Part shown: positions 9,761 to 23,187 of the stretch, piece after piece
How the letters are laid out: every line of letters starts with the position of its first letter
How positions within the stretch are numbered: the first letter of the stretch is position 1
Assembly: GCA_040954595.2 (NCBI GenBank)
Contig: CM082580.2
Coordinates: 8,410,390-8,474,389 of the forward strand
Direction of reading: 5' to 3'
Source: Balanoglossus misakiensis
Lineage: Eukaryota; Animalia; Hemichordata
DNA length: 64,000 nucleotides
The notes under the pieces: generated by a model
Database searches by the model: none
Told to the model about the DNA's origin: nothing
Seen by the model: the letters and a program-made list of their open reading frames with translations, nothing else
Made by a program: the position numbers and the translations under genes

Positions 9761-11503
9761 GTCGGGTAAGTTTCGAATGGAGCAATATTTCGAGGCGTAC
9801 GTGCGGAATAAGAGAAGTGAAAGGCATTGATTAAAGAATTGTTGTTTTGCCTCGATAAATCCATACAAAGTAAAAATTTCACGCCACATTAGGTGTACAA
9901 ATTAATGATTCATGCTTGGGCAACGGAGTGGTAATGGTCATTAACGATGTAATCTCGGCTAAACAACGGCTTTCCTCTATGTCGCGTACTCGCGTGATGA
10001 GTGTATCATGTCGCCTCTTCTCCGGAATCCCCCCCCCCTCTTCCCTTCGGCTATTCTCGGTTTGTATCTGATCCAAATGAGACACAGCGTTGACGATGCC
10101 AGCCCATTCGCCCTTGCCGAGAACGATCCCATCGCAGAAAATGCATTTTGAAATATCAAGTGTCAATATTTATTAATCGTTGCTCAAAAGTGGCTTATTG
10201 TTGTCAGTATGCGCACCAAACGGTCGCCTGTTAGTTTCAACACAGGACTGCGGTTTCAAATATAACACGACACCTCTGTGGTGACGGCCACTCGCTGTTA
10301 AGACAGGCGGGATTTTGTACTTTAAAGCGTCAAATTCCCAAGGCCTACCTTAAAAGGTGAGCAGGAAACAGGCTGGCTGGAGCGAGAGATTGAGAGTGCA
10401 GCTGAACCGTACTCGCGCGAGTCGTGAAAATGGAACACTTTTTGTCGTGTCTGTGGATTTTCCTTTTCGGATTTTCCGCTTGTTAAACTGAGAATCATTT
10501 TTCTTCCTGGAGAAATTTACTTACCGCCACCTTGTTAGCGCAGCCACTTTTGCTCCAGACGCCCCGGTGTTGAATGATGTTTCATAGACGCTGCATGCGA
10601 GCACCGCGCAGTTTTTGTACCGTTCAATATGTGCAATTGAACCGCGGGCGAGAAGGGCGTCCTGTGAAGATCTTACGGCATATATCAGAAGGACCCGCCA
10701 ACAAAAAAATTTTTTTTTTTAAATCTTCTATGAATTGCTGACGATCACGTGCTGATAGCCATTACAAATATAATGTAGCAATATCAATGCTTTGTTATAG
10801 AGTGTCTTTTATGTATACTGTGTGATATTTTCCCCCAAATTCTCTAAGGCGAGAGGTGGTTTATCCAAGGTTTATTCCAGTTAACAGTGAGGTAATTTAA
10901 CTATTAATTTGGCACTTTACGGCAAGGCGATTTTGCGAATATGGCAAAATTATTTCCATGGTGATAGAGGTCTTTAAATATGCTTTGAACGGGCCAAAAC
11001 CACAACATGCCGTATAGAAACATGAATGGCCTACAACTCAGCGGCGATAAAAACAAGAGATTGTCTGCTTATTAACGCCAAGTTTACCATCCAACATGTC
11101 TGTCAATTCACCCTGTAGGGCAACTGCAAATTAATATTCAATTAATACAATCCACTGACGCAGTCTATCGTCGCCATCTCAGAAAAAATGACCTTATTCG
11201 TCTTATAAAGAAAACATGGCAGAGAAACTAGTTCAGTGACAAAAAAATTGATTACCAGTAATGTCTCTTATAGTCTGCTACATAAAGACATAATACTACT
11301 TCAATAATACTGGCGCCAACTGCAGAAAGAACCGTCTCGCTCACGGAAATGCGTTGGTTAACTGGCCATTATGGCTTTCAGCACAAAACAACTGTTAATC
11401 ATCGCGCAGATTTCTGAGTGACCTTACAGATAGGTATAAAATAAACCTACATCTCAAAGGTTTTCCCTCATCATGCGTCTTATGCGTGCCTGATCGTAAG
11501 CCG

Positions 11504-11595
11504 AATAAATCATTTTCTGCCCATTGCGAGATCTCGCGAGACTTGGTTAATTACCATTTAGACGAGATCTCGTGGGGTTTGGAAAATGGTCTATT
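11504..11595. mobile_element. About 92-bp imperfect palindromic MITE-like element
   Basis: Left arm aataaatcattttc-N9-cgagatctcg mirrors the right arm (reverse complement aatagaccattttc-N9-cgagatctcg). The core 11526-11555 recurs identically at 52617-52646. Confidence 0.55.
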
Positions 11596-13533
11596 CGCAC
11601 ACTGGACGCGACTTAGTTTCGCATGGACCTTCCATCTACAATAATCATCCTTTTTGAGAACATTCACTGTTAGATTTGCTTTTAGACAGGTTTTTATTAT
11701 TTTTACAATTAATTTCCACGAACCTTTTCTCCAAGGTGTTGTGTCAGACTGTAAGCAAATCAGTTAGTGGCCAAAAAGCAACTTTTAGCCGTTGCTGACA
11801 TTTAAAATCGTGGACATGAACGTCAACTTCGTTCCTATATGCGGTCCCTCTCGTCGATATTACGTATGCACACGACGTAGACATTAATTGCCGTTCAAAA
11901 TGACAGCTCAGAGGCAATCGGATTGTCGTTCTCGTCGACAGCTGCCTGTCTGCGCTGCAGAACGTCGCTCGGCGCAACACACACACACGGCCAAACAGTG
12001 ACTTAGAATCGCTATTTGCATTTGGAATCTATTTTTGAACCCAGTCAATACAGATGTCAGTTACTGTATCGCGTTTACAGGATAATTCTGTGTGATACGG
12101 AAAGTGGGATATCGACTGGTCCGCTTTCCGTCTGCGCTGCGTAAGTCGGTTTAAGCCCGGTGAAAGACCGTACGCATGCACTGTGTACAGAGTACGCGTA
12201 ACCGCCCTCAACTATAGGCACGACGCCGAGTCGGCATAATTTACTGAACAAGACAATTTTTAAATTTGCCTATCTTTTGGAGGTTGCCTCCTATTTTAGA
12301 AATCCTCCAACTCTCCTAGTTTTCTATGTTTTTCTTTCGTTTATTTTGCTTCCGTAAAAAGTTAAGTTTTATCCAAACTATTAACGAACCTGTTAGTAGG
12401 ACAGTCTGTTGGCAAAAAATAAAATAAAATAAATCGAATTACACGTTATCGGGCAATTAAACAGTCAATCAGTCGGTTAATCAACGACTGATCAATTGTT
12501 AGTTTATAGTTGAATCATTGGCCGATTGATCGTCATCTTAATTATTTAATAGAGATTAGTTAATTAATATCTACGTATGGCCGATTCAAACCAGTTCCGG
12601 TTGCCAAGATTAGAACAGACAAGTCCATAGCCTACGCCCATACTCGAATCTAAAGTTAACCGTCAGCAGAGGAAAAAAAGATAGATGGAACAGTTTAAGC
12701 GAGGAGAATAAACGCACTTTCGTTCAAAAACTCAATTATTCCCGCGGAGGTGGCCTCTCGCTATATGACACAATATACACGGCGTGATGGGCATCCCACG
12801 GGAGACCATTATCAGCCAGTTCTAAGCGTGTACACATTTTATGCGCACCGTGAAAGGAGAGTCTGGGGAAATAATGGACACATATATCAAAGTGGACGGG
12901 GAATCTCACCTAATCATTTACAAATGAGTTGGCGATGATGATCATCAGCGCCAATTCACTCAATTTGCTCTTGTGAATCGCTTTCAATGGCCGCCAGTTA
13001 AAGTTGGCAGTTTGTACACGTCGCCAGAGGTGGCGTACTCGACTCACCGCCTCGCGCGTCGCTTCGTAAGCGCGCGCGCCGCCGTCATAAACTGAACGAT
13101 GACGTTGACCGTGGTTTATACGATTTTTTTCAATCGAGAATTTAGACCAAATCAGATCCCACCCGCCCTGACTAATGTTGCCTTTTATCTGTTTATTTTT
13201 TTATTTCCTGCGTCTGCTGATAGGACATCCTTTCTAAATGATGGGAAAAATTAAAATTTAACGTTTTGGAGTTCAAGGTTGCAAGGCAAGATCGGCACAG
13301 CTGTAAGTACATATCTCTGTCGTTTTTTTTGTTGTCCTGCATGTCAGCGCGTCAAGTCTTAATGGACGCGTTTCCGTCATTTTATCCACGTACTTATCAT
13401 GTGCGTACACATCTTTGTGAGGTGTCTTTAAAAGCATAGACAGTCTATGCTTTAAGCCTGCTCTGGGGTAGAAATGTCTTTAGTTAATCCCCGCACTCAA
13501 AGTCAAAGCCCAAGAAGCTGCATCGTATCGCGG

Positions 13534-13639
13534 TGTTTGGTTATTTTGGTAGAATATCCCATTAATTTAATAAATTAATGGGATATTCTTTGTTTGGTTA
13601 TTTTGGTAGAATATCCCATTAAATTATTAATGGGATATT
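13534..13639. repeat. 57-bp-period direct repeat in which each unit carries a perfect AT-rich palindrome
   Basis: tgtttggttattttggtagaatatcccattaa at 13534-13565 and 13591-13622. Perfect 19-bp arms at 13551-13569 / 13571-13589 and 13-bp arms at 13610-13622 / 13627-13639. Confidence 0.9.
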
Positions 13640-14363
13640 TTGGTGAACAAAACATGATATCATGAAATTGCCAAAATATCATGAAAACATGTATGTAATG
13701 ACGTACATACGTATACGTACGTACGTGTGTGCGTGCACATGAACATGATTTGTAGAACTGAAGCACAACACACATATTCTGAAACAAACATAATAACATA
13801 TATACAGCAAGTATTCGTCCATATAAGGGTATTGCAATCATTTCTTAGGACACAGAATTTTATTTCACTAAGGAAGCCATCAGCACATACAACTTTCGCT
13901 GTTTATGTTTACGCTACCAGCGATCATTGAAAATCAATATGATATCGATGAACTTATACTCCGACGGAGAATCAAACATTGTAACAATTCTTGACATCAC
14001 AATTGATATCTGTAAATACATTTCATATTACAAGACAATAGAAATATGGAAATGAGTAAATCGCCCGTCAATCTACTTCTCGCGGTAAACTTTAATATAT
14101 ATACACCGAAATTTACTTTTCATCGATTGTCTGTCGAGTAATGTACAGTGATGGTCATTTGGAGAGAAAAGCGAATGCCAAACGGACATCTAGGAATGTT
14201 TTACCTGTCAAGTTGGTACACACCGCCTTTTAATTTGACGTGACACGTGAGGAATTGAATTACACACATAACAGACGCAGAGAGAAACAAACAATGGTGC
14301 CAGTCTTCAACATTTGACGTTTAAAATGAAAATTGAAATTCTTCATACATAACATATAACGCT

Positions 14364-14369
14364 TTTATT
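14364..14369 (-). terminator. Candidate polyadenylation signal of kisspeptin-type receptor A (3' UTR of about 2.6 kb)
   Basis: First clear minus-strand AATAAA that I saw downstream of the stop at 16964, followed by GU/U-rich sequence. Confidence 0.3.
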
Positions 14370-14584
14370 TTCTAGTTGTATAAAAGGTGGGGGGGGGACG
14401 CCACATCAATAAGTAATAACAAACACCATGATAGTAATTCTGATGTAACAGACGCCATCTTAAATGTATTTCCATGACAGTGACCTATAAGCAAGGCGAT
14501 TGAACTAGTCATACTCGTCCACCAGCCGACCAATGTTGTGTAGTTGGCAAGCCGAATATTACGCTTACCTTAACACTAAACATC

Positions 14585-14652
14585 TGTGATTGGCTAGATC
14601 TCAATTTGCCATTGTAACTGTTGCTAAATTTGCATAGGTGACTGTACATTCA
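14585..14652 (-). mobile_element. Terminal fragment of the same Kolobok-like family
   Basis: Reverse complement reads ttgaatgtacagtcacctatgcaaatttagcaacagttacaatgg...tagccaatca, resembling 58709-58760 and 9421-9480. Confidence 0.55.
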
Positions 14653-15696
14653 AAGAGGGCGTTCGGGATTTCCTGCACTATCGTTCGGTCATGTATGAAG
14701 TCGTAGAACCCAAGAAAATGGGAATTTGATTGCAGAAATTTGAAATTGAAATTAATTGAAGGTGAAAGTACAGGCCGCATATTGTTCGGTATTACGAAAT
14801 TTCTGTGAATGTCACCGAGAAGCTCCAGAGGTCAGAGCGAGAGAATCGACCAATCAGCCGCGACCTTTCTGGATCAACGCTTTCTTGTGCGCAGGAGATA
14901 CGCCACCGTTTTGCGCAGTTGGGAGCCCACTTGAAACAGCTGCGACTTCTTTTAAGTGACCGATTGTCACAATACCTACAAGATTTCGACAATTTACTGA
15001 AATCGCTTTTGGTCTGAAAAGGTAAAGAGCCGTGTAACTCACGCTCGATAGTTGTGATGTTTGTGTTTGTGCTGTTATCTCAAAGTTCTTCAAAATCATC
15101 ATCTAATTTCTCTCCGAAACATAATTAAGTCCCATGGAAATAAATTATAGATCGTGGCAAGATTGAAGGACCATCATAGCGGAAGATTTGTTTCTGGAAA
15201 ATCTACCCCGAGGTGCTCGTCCATCAATCCAATTGTGGACAGCGCGGAGGGGATTCCCTATTTCTCCCTTATACCTGTCAATCGATAATTCACACAGAAG
15301 GGAAAATGACCCGTTCTGTTCAACCGGCCTCCGCCATAACCAACGATCACCGCTCCGGGGAAGCTCGCCATCGAATTCAACGAGAGTGCGAGCCTGACTG
15401 TCTCCGCGTACCTTTCCCACGGGCTCCGTTATCGACTTTCGGGATTATTCGGACTGAGGTCTTCCCGGGCTAGGCCTATGCGGAGATATCCCACTCAGTG
15501 CATTCCTTGTCTGTCTTGTCAATCGACGCTATCGCAGTAATCAATGTTAATACAAAATAAATGTTATGAACCGACAATATAAGGATAAGCTAGTGCAGTC
15601 TGTTGAGGGAGACTATCCATGCGGGGGAATTAGCTGAACCAACGTGTACGTACGTAACTATGGTGATTATCAGGCCAGTCAAATGATACTAATACA

Positions 15697-15783
15697 GTGG
15701 TTGTGGTGGTGGTTGTGGTAGTTGTGGTGGTAGCGGCGGTGGTGGTAATGGTGGTGGTGGTGCGTGGTTTGTTGTGGCGGTGA
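15697..15783. repeat. Imperfect (GTG/GTT/GTA)n trinucleotide repeat
   Basis: Directly visible; it generates the spurious poly-Thr and poly-His ORFs in the track. Confidence 0.9.
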
Positions 15784-16963
15784 TGACGAACACAAATCAA
15801 ATTCGAGAATTGAACGATACTGCAAGTTAACAGATGTGAAATATTGATTTTTATCCCTCGACCCGTCACTTTTCGTCAACTTCAAAAGTGACGCAAACTA
15901 CCGCCCTCGCCGATGACGAATGTAACCTTGACATTTGTCATCAGACAGACAGCAACAGTTTGCAAACTTCACGTTTTTTTAGCGGAGCTCTCACGTGACC
16001 GGCGACCAACGGCGCCACACTAACGAGGTGACGGCGCGGAACAGGGTTTGCGGCATGGCGGGTTGTTTTTCTCGCAACCCGGCACGTTTAGTTTCATTAA
16101 AGGACAATTCAATGGTATGCCGTTGTCAGCGGCTGTGTTCTCTCCACGCAACGAAGTAGTGGGTCATCGAGAGGAACGATTTCGCGTCAGCGTAAAAAAA
16201 ACGTTGTTAGCCGCTTGTATACCTGTCAAATGTGGCCTCTCATCGACATACGGAATATTTTCCACTTCCACCTGTTGCCAAGATATTTGTCACTGCACTC
16301 AGACATTTACGACCCGCGCACCCCTAGCGACTGCGTGTTAAGCGGAAACATGCTTAATATATATCGTCTCCTATGTACACGAAATACAATGTAGTTGTCG
16401 CGGCACGCTTTTTAACCACACTGTACAAAAGACAATAATGTTTAACACAGAAAAGCTGCTCGGTCTAATCCCCCCCCCTATATATACACAGGCTTCCTCT
16501 GTTAAAGCGGCAGTTCTTGCCCAGGAATGTACTTCCTCCACTGTTTTCCTGGATATTTTCGAGAATGGGCGATCATACAGGATGGAATATATGTGCTTCG
16601 ACGGTTTCATGACTTTCAACAAATGGAAGTAAATGGTAAAAGACGTATAGTCACTGAATGATCAAACGCCCGTTCTACGAACATAAAGTTTGTCCGAAGT
16701 GAAATTCTTGTCCAGTGGTGTTTATGTATATCTTTATGAAGTTCTCTATAAAACGCACGAAATGATATTCTTTTTGGTCTGTGATTGAATGGGTACTTTT
16801 GACGTCATCGTGTGACGTCATTGTGTTCCAATTTATCTTCGCACGTGTACATTTTGTAGGCGGACAAAAGGTCTTCCCTTTAAGTTTTACGAGATCTCAC
16901 TCGCTATGTACATGTAAGAGTTTTATCGGTCTTTTGTGCTCTTTGCGGAACTTTTCATCCCGT

Positions 16964-17748
16964 TTAAACCAGAACAGAGCGCCGTATCAGCTTTTCCTCG
17001 GTGTCTTTTGCGAAAGATAGCGGAGGAGCGTCGTCATGGTTGTGGTCGACGTCATCGTTGCCGTTGGTGTCCGGGTTGGTGCTGGACGCCTCGTAGGGCG
17101 TGGTCTCCGTCTGGGGGTCGCTGATCTTCCTCTTGGTGCTGGTGCTCGTCTGGGAGCAGAATGTCTTGCCGTCCGTCATGGCCAGGGTGATGGTGCCCGG
17201 GCGGTCGCGGAAGCGCAGGGTGCCCGGCGGCGGCTTGCAGCAGCAGTAGAACACCTCCCGGAAGCGCCGCCTGAAGTTGTCGCTCATGAAGGCGTAGATG
17301 ACCGGGTTGGCGCACGAGTTCGCGTACGAGATGCTGTTGGCGAACAGCTGGAAGCCGAAGACCAGCATGCTGTCGTGCGGGAAGCCGCGGTCCGCCCACC
17401 GCCAGATGTTGATGACGTGGATGGGCAGCCAGCAGATGGCGAAGATGAGCACCACCACGGCCACCATGCGCGTCTTGCGGATCTTCTGGCGTTGTCGCGC
17501 CTGCTGCGCCTTCGACTGGGTCCGGTAGAACAGCGTCGACGAATTCCAGACAAGGCGCAGGATCATGCCCATGCACGCGGAGATGATCAACAGCGGCGCC
17601 AAGTAGGCGGCGACGAACATGTACACGTACCATCCGACACGCCAGGAGGGCGACGGCCAGGTCTCCACACAGAATGGCCGGATACCAAACCATTCATATT
17701 CTTGAATCTCCCTGTACAATGCCACGGGCACACAAATCATCAGTGATG
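16964..17748 (-). CDS. Kisspeptin-type GPCR paralog A, coding exon 3 (TM4 end to C-terminus)
   Basis: Acceptor gcatttcAG at 17750-17749 in phase 1. Encodes (A)SLMICVP, ECL2 FCVETWPS, TM5 YLAPLLII, TM6 FAICWLPIH, TM7 SYANSCANPVIYAFMSDNFR, a CCC palmitoylation site and a Ser/Thr-rich tail. Confidence 0.95.
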
Positions 17749-20700
17749 CTGAAATGCAACAAAAAGATCCTAAATTATATCATATTGTTCAATACACCGC
17801 ATCTCATCGCACCACACCATACCACACCACACCACACCACATTATGACACCTCTTGTCATGTCACGACATGTCATGCAATATCGAATGCATATCGTATAT
17901 CACGACCCCTATGTGATCTTAAAACCTAATACCTGGTCGTCAGTGATTGTCATAATACCAGATTTTGGTTCAAGAAACATTTAAAGTGTTTTACCAGAAC
18001 ATGATTTATTTGGTAGCCCAGTGCAGAATGCCGTGAAAAGAGCTATAGGTATGTTAGGTTTTAAAACCACCTGATGGATTCGGAGACAGAGACAGAAAGA
18101 GAGAGAGGAATAGAGATAGGGAGAGACAGAGATATGAAAATCTTTGCCAACTGTCAACACACCGCAAATTAAAGTATTCCAAGATAACAGATGGCGTAAC
18201 TCAGAACACGCCAGCCAATACAGAAAGAGGAACGCTTAGAGGCCAATGGGATATAGATAGGGAAACAATGAATAAATACATATTATGAGAGGATACGCAG
18301 ACAATTTGCTGTTGGTGCACGTCCGAGTTAACTGTCATCGTGGTAGATTGGTACGTTCGGCGATGAATTTCGGTCAATTTGCAGACGCAAACGCCTGGCG
18401 GCGTGGCACTCTATTCCGTCGAAATCAATGCGTGTGCTCGTAGCGGCGGCCCTTAATTAATTCGCAATCAATCGAACGGCGTAGGAACTGTGCCGCGTAC
18501 GTTCTCATTGCGGAGCTGCGACGAAGTTTGAGTACTTGATCTCTATATATAGTTCGGTGAGAGGAAATGATGGATCTGTGCAGGTGATGTCAGTCTGATT
18601 CGACGGAGCGGAGTTAACCTCTCCGTCGGGGCCTGGACACCGCCGCTAACACCCCCTGTGAAATCAGTGCATGTAAACGACTTGCAATCGCCGGCGTCCC
18701 AGTCGGCAGACACCGCTTACAAAGTGGCTACAGACAAGTAGTCTGTAAAAGTGAGGCGCTTGAAAAAGTTTACGCGCGGGGAGCTACATGAAACGAAAAT
18801 CGGAGAGCATGGCATCACAGAAGAAAACCAACCCTTGCTGTGAGACAGTCAAACCCGCTCGGTTTTATTTACATGCTGTCATGGCGATCGCCTCGCGTGT
18901 AACCAGACACGAACTGTTCTAACCTGCCCAGCGCTTTCAAAGCAATTGTTCGCTTGCAACTGTCAAGCGTGTAATATGCAAATAACTGCGATGTTTATAG
19001 AGTTACGCATTGACTTTCCAAATTGCCATGTAAGACCGCCGATTCGTTTTCCATTACAGATGTTATACGGTGAATGCAGCCGTTTTGCCGGGCCGCTGCA
19101 ATAATACCAACAGTAAACGCAACTATACAAGAACGTGTCAGATTTCGTGGATCTCTTTCTCTCCCCCCCCCCCTCTCCCTGTCTGCAATTTGAGAAATTT
19201 GATTAAACGAGTCAGTAATGTCCAGAATGATAGTTTCTACATAGGAAGGGTTGGGAAGTGCGCGCGCAAGTGTGGCGTGCGTTTCGTGTTTAATGGCTCT
19301 GATGAAAGGAGGCCACTGTCAGCGTTGAATACAACTGTTACCGTGCGGATTCGCACAGGAGCCTGGCGTTGGGATAGAAGTAGAGTTGTGTGAGGTAGCC
19401 AAACATCAATCCGTGTTTTTACGTTTGCGATAAACATGTTGACAATTCCCGCAGCTAGCCCATGGCCAAAACGATTCAAATCTGAAATGTTATACTATTT
19501 AGGTTCTACCCGAAAACTCTGCACGAGTAAATTTTGATGTTTATTCCTCGTGAATTTTCTGCATTATATACATATTACGCTAGGGCACACAGTGTTGTAG
19601 AATGATACCGTAAATTTTTAACTTAATAAGTTATTCAACGTTAGCTGTCATGATGGTTTTAAACAAGGTAATTCAAACCTGCGACAATTTACAGAAAAGT
19701 TTCATTTTGGATTTCTTCAAATGTTCAGTTGCAAGTTCTTCAGGTTATATCAACACATTACACGTTTGAATCTTTGTTGCTCCACACCGCTAAGGGTGAG
19801 TCGTCAGAGGGAGACTGAAAAAAACAACATCATTGAGAGTGAAACGCTTATTCAGCGTTTGTTCCCAATTTCTCGTTTCTATTGTGGTTTCTGATGTGGC
19901 GATACCCGCAAACGGGTGAAATTCAATAGTGATTGCCGACGACGGGACCGCGTGTGCACAAACGAAGCTAGTTAGACTCGAAATCCATCACCCGCGCGAA
20001 CCCCAGTGCAAACTGTAGAACCACTCAGCGATCTCGCTAATTAAGTGTATTGAAACACGGGCCCTGCCGGAGAAGCGAAACTGGGCTCCTCTGACAGGAT
20101 TGCCGGGGATGTTTTGTCACGTACATGACGCATCGAGCGGCCCCGGGTCCTCCATCAGCGTTTTGCCGGCGGAGAGACCTGGCATCTCGGTGAAAGAAAA
20201 CAAGTCCCCTAATGAGACCGCCCGCCCCGGCTACCCCAACACCTGCACGACTCGCTTTTTCACTACTTCTCGGCTGAATCACGAAGGTACACATTAAATC
20301 TCAACTCATGCATCACCCGAGCACCACTCGATGCTCGAGCCTTCAACGCTCTATACAACCGCACGCATTTTACCTTCTGCCATTAACTTAAAAAGAAACA
20401 GAGCGAGTCTGGCTTTTCGGCAATTCTTTGAAGTGATGGTATGATGTGATCGATTGCCGTGCGTTGTGTGAGCTTCTTTTTATACTGTCTATGTAGGTAA
20501 GCCGATCAGACGTCGAGGAGCAACTTTGCCCAGAGTAGCGGAGAATGAAAAATAAGATCTCGACTAGCTTATCAGTTTTTTTTATGACGTATAGCAGGGA
20601 AAATGCTTTCAGTATAAACATCGCAGTTTGTATAATCGACGATCTTTTGACGCAAAAAAACGTGTTTATCGAAACAGAACCATTTAGTGAAATATAATAA

Positions 20701-23129
20701 AAAGACTCAAAGCGCTGATGTGTGCATGTGATTGAATTTGAATCGAAAGCCGATGAACATTTTTTTTTCAAATTCTGTATACTTTTAAATGAAACACCTG
20801 GTTGGCGGAGTTGGTATTGAATTATTTGGCTTGTTACACGCGGGTGGTGGACACCTGATGGTGAATCGCTAAGCAGAGTAGTTTGTTGTGACTCAATTTT
20901 CTGTTTCGTTGCCTACGAGAATTCGTCACTCGAAAAAAATGAGAGAATTACGGCCGCAACAGATACATTCAATGCGCAATAGAGTGAGAAAAGCGTGACC
21001 TCTCAGTGCGATGCAAATATTGAAGAGAAATTCCAAGATATTGCAATTGAATGCTTAGCACATTTCGAATGATTCACCAGTACAAATTCCTTGCTCATTT
21101 TCTCAAAAAACACGTCGAGTTGTTCCTTACTTAAACTCAATAGTAGTGAAAGAAATCGTCTTGGTTCGAACGAACAATAATCACACGGCAGTTTTTGACA
21201 AGAGTGCGTTGACAGAAAAATGCAGTTTTTTTTAATCCGTTCCCTGTTAAAACAAAACCTCTTCCCGTCAATAATTCTGTGCAGTCGAGAACAGATTTGT
21301 TCGCTCGTGTGAGTGGTGATTTACGAGAAATAAAATTTCTTCCCAGTTTCCATCACCGTTTAATGATGTACACTTCTTCCTTTCAATCAAAGTACACAAA
21401 GAAAAAAAAAACTTGACTACAGCCGAGAGCGATTATTATAAGGATTTTGCATTCGACCAGAAAATAGTATGCCATAAGTACATGGCGATATGAATCACTG
21501 TCTAGACTACATCACCGAGGCAGAAAAGTCCACATCAATGAGCTTTCACAGACTTTGAATGAGAAGCATGCCGCAGTTGACAGAGCGCATGAGCCAGTCT
21601 TTTTCGTCTTCCCTGGCAGGCGGGAATTGTCGTCACACAAAAGGGGTATACAGGTTCAGCATAGCCCAGTCCTGAGTGAAACCGTTTTGGAACACTTCTA
21701 TGTATAAATCGTCCATTTTGTAAAACACCCCAGACATGATTTGCCCGGAAACAAAAATACGGAACTCGGATTGATAGAAAATGCAGAGTGTTATCAATAG
21801 AAAATGACATTTAAGTGGAAGCTTGCGAACGCAGCGCAAATATCTGGGTACAGTCGCATTTTTTTTTTCTTGAGTGTGAGAGCGCTGGCTCGCTGATTGG
21901 AAGGACGGACAGAACCGTTTTAGTGGTTCGCTGGAGGCAAATGTCGATGGATTTGACAGGGGCAATTCTTTACACGAGTTATTAGATCGCCCCTTTTTCA
22001 TTTAATCATCACTTCCTGCCCTGGCCATTTCGCGTGTCAATCAACACCCGAAAATTGCTGCCAAATTTCCCGTTGCTCTCTCAAATGTCAAACGCCGCCG
22101 AGTTTCTGTGCCGTTTAAAATGGTGCGCAAATTATGCCGTGATAGTGTTTTGCTTACTTTTCAAGTGCGCAGCCGTCATGAAACGTAAGGTGTAATTTGT
22201 ATGAGTGGCCAAAGAGACAGAATATTCTTCTTTTGCATTATGTTTTGACTCAATTTTTTAAAAGAAAAAAATGAATTCGCTTGAAGTCTAGGGAAAATTA
22301 TCTAGAAGTTCGCTAATTTGCATAACAAGGAAACAACAACAACAACATCACTTGCACGTCAACATTATTTGTTTAAAGAGAGCTTCTTAATTTCGTTAAC
22401 ATTTCCACAAGACACACTTCCTGAAATAATTGTCAGCATGAGACAAACAACATTGTATTAAAGCGTAAAATGTGCTCAACAGTCGCCATGGAAACTGCAG
22501 CGAAGCCTTAAAATGTACGTTTTGTAACAAGGCGAACATGCCTTGGTATAGGATAGGAAGACCTAGACATATCACGCAGTAAGCTTTAATATCCTTCGCC
22601 ACAAAACACAGTCAGAGCACAGGCCTGGGAAGGAGTGCGTGGTTTAATGGACGCCCCAGTCAATCAGCGCGAAGTACGCGTAATGCAGAAATAACCAGAC
22701 GAGCGAACCCAGTCAATCATAAAATAAAACCGTTGCGGAGAAGGAGGTCATGTAGCATATTGTGTCTGACGAGTTAAGGAGAACCTTTTGCGGCGAGCCA
22801 ACGACAGCTGTAATACAGCAACGACCGCGTCTAAAGATTTCAGACTTTATCAGTCGAAGCGTGTCTCTCTCTCTCTGAAGCCCCAGCGATACATGAAATG
22901 CAACTGATGCACTTGTCACTTTGGACGCAGGCTTTGCATTTCTTTATCTGATGGCCTCGGTATGTTGAACGCACCGCATTAATATGAGCAAGTGGTTCTC
23001 TACTAAAAAGAGCATATGGCGTATTTTCTACGGCATCCTTAAGCCCGGCATCTGCCCTAAACATCCAACGATACTTTCAATGTACATTATAAAAGCAAGT
23101 TATGTGTCATGATGTCTACCTGTCTCATG

Positions 23130-23160
<31 letters not shown>

Positions 23161-23187
23161 CAGAGAGAGAGAGACAGACAGACAGAC
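23130..23187. repeat. Compound (TA)n(GA)n(GACA)n microsatellite
   Basis: Directly visible. Confidence 0.95.

Noticed and set aside
14805-15017. Leucine-rich, helical-looking 70-aa ORF
   Set aside because: GTG start, no convincing splice context or family match, and it overlaps the likely receptor 3' UTR on the opposite strand.
15630-15885. Poly-Thr and poly-His ORFs
   Set aside because: Translations of a trinucleotide microsatellite.
17036-17746. Overlapping 236-, 213-, 89- and 76-aa ORFs
   Set aside because: Alternative-frame and antisense shadows of the GC-rich GPCR exon 3.
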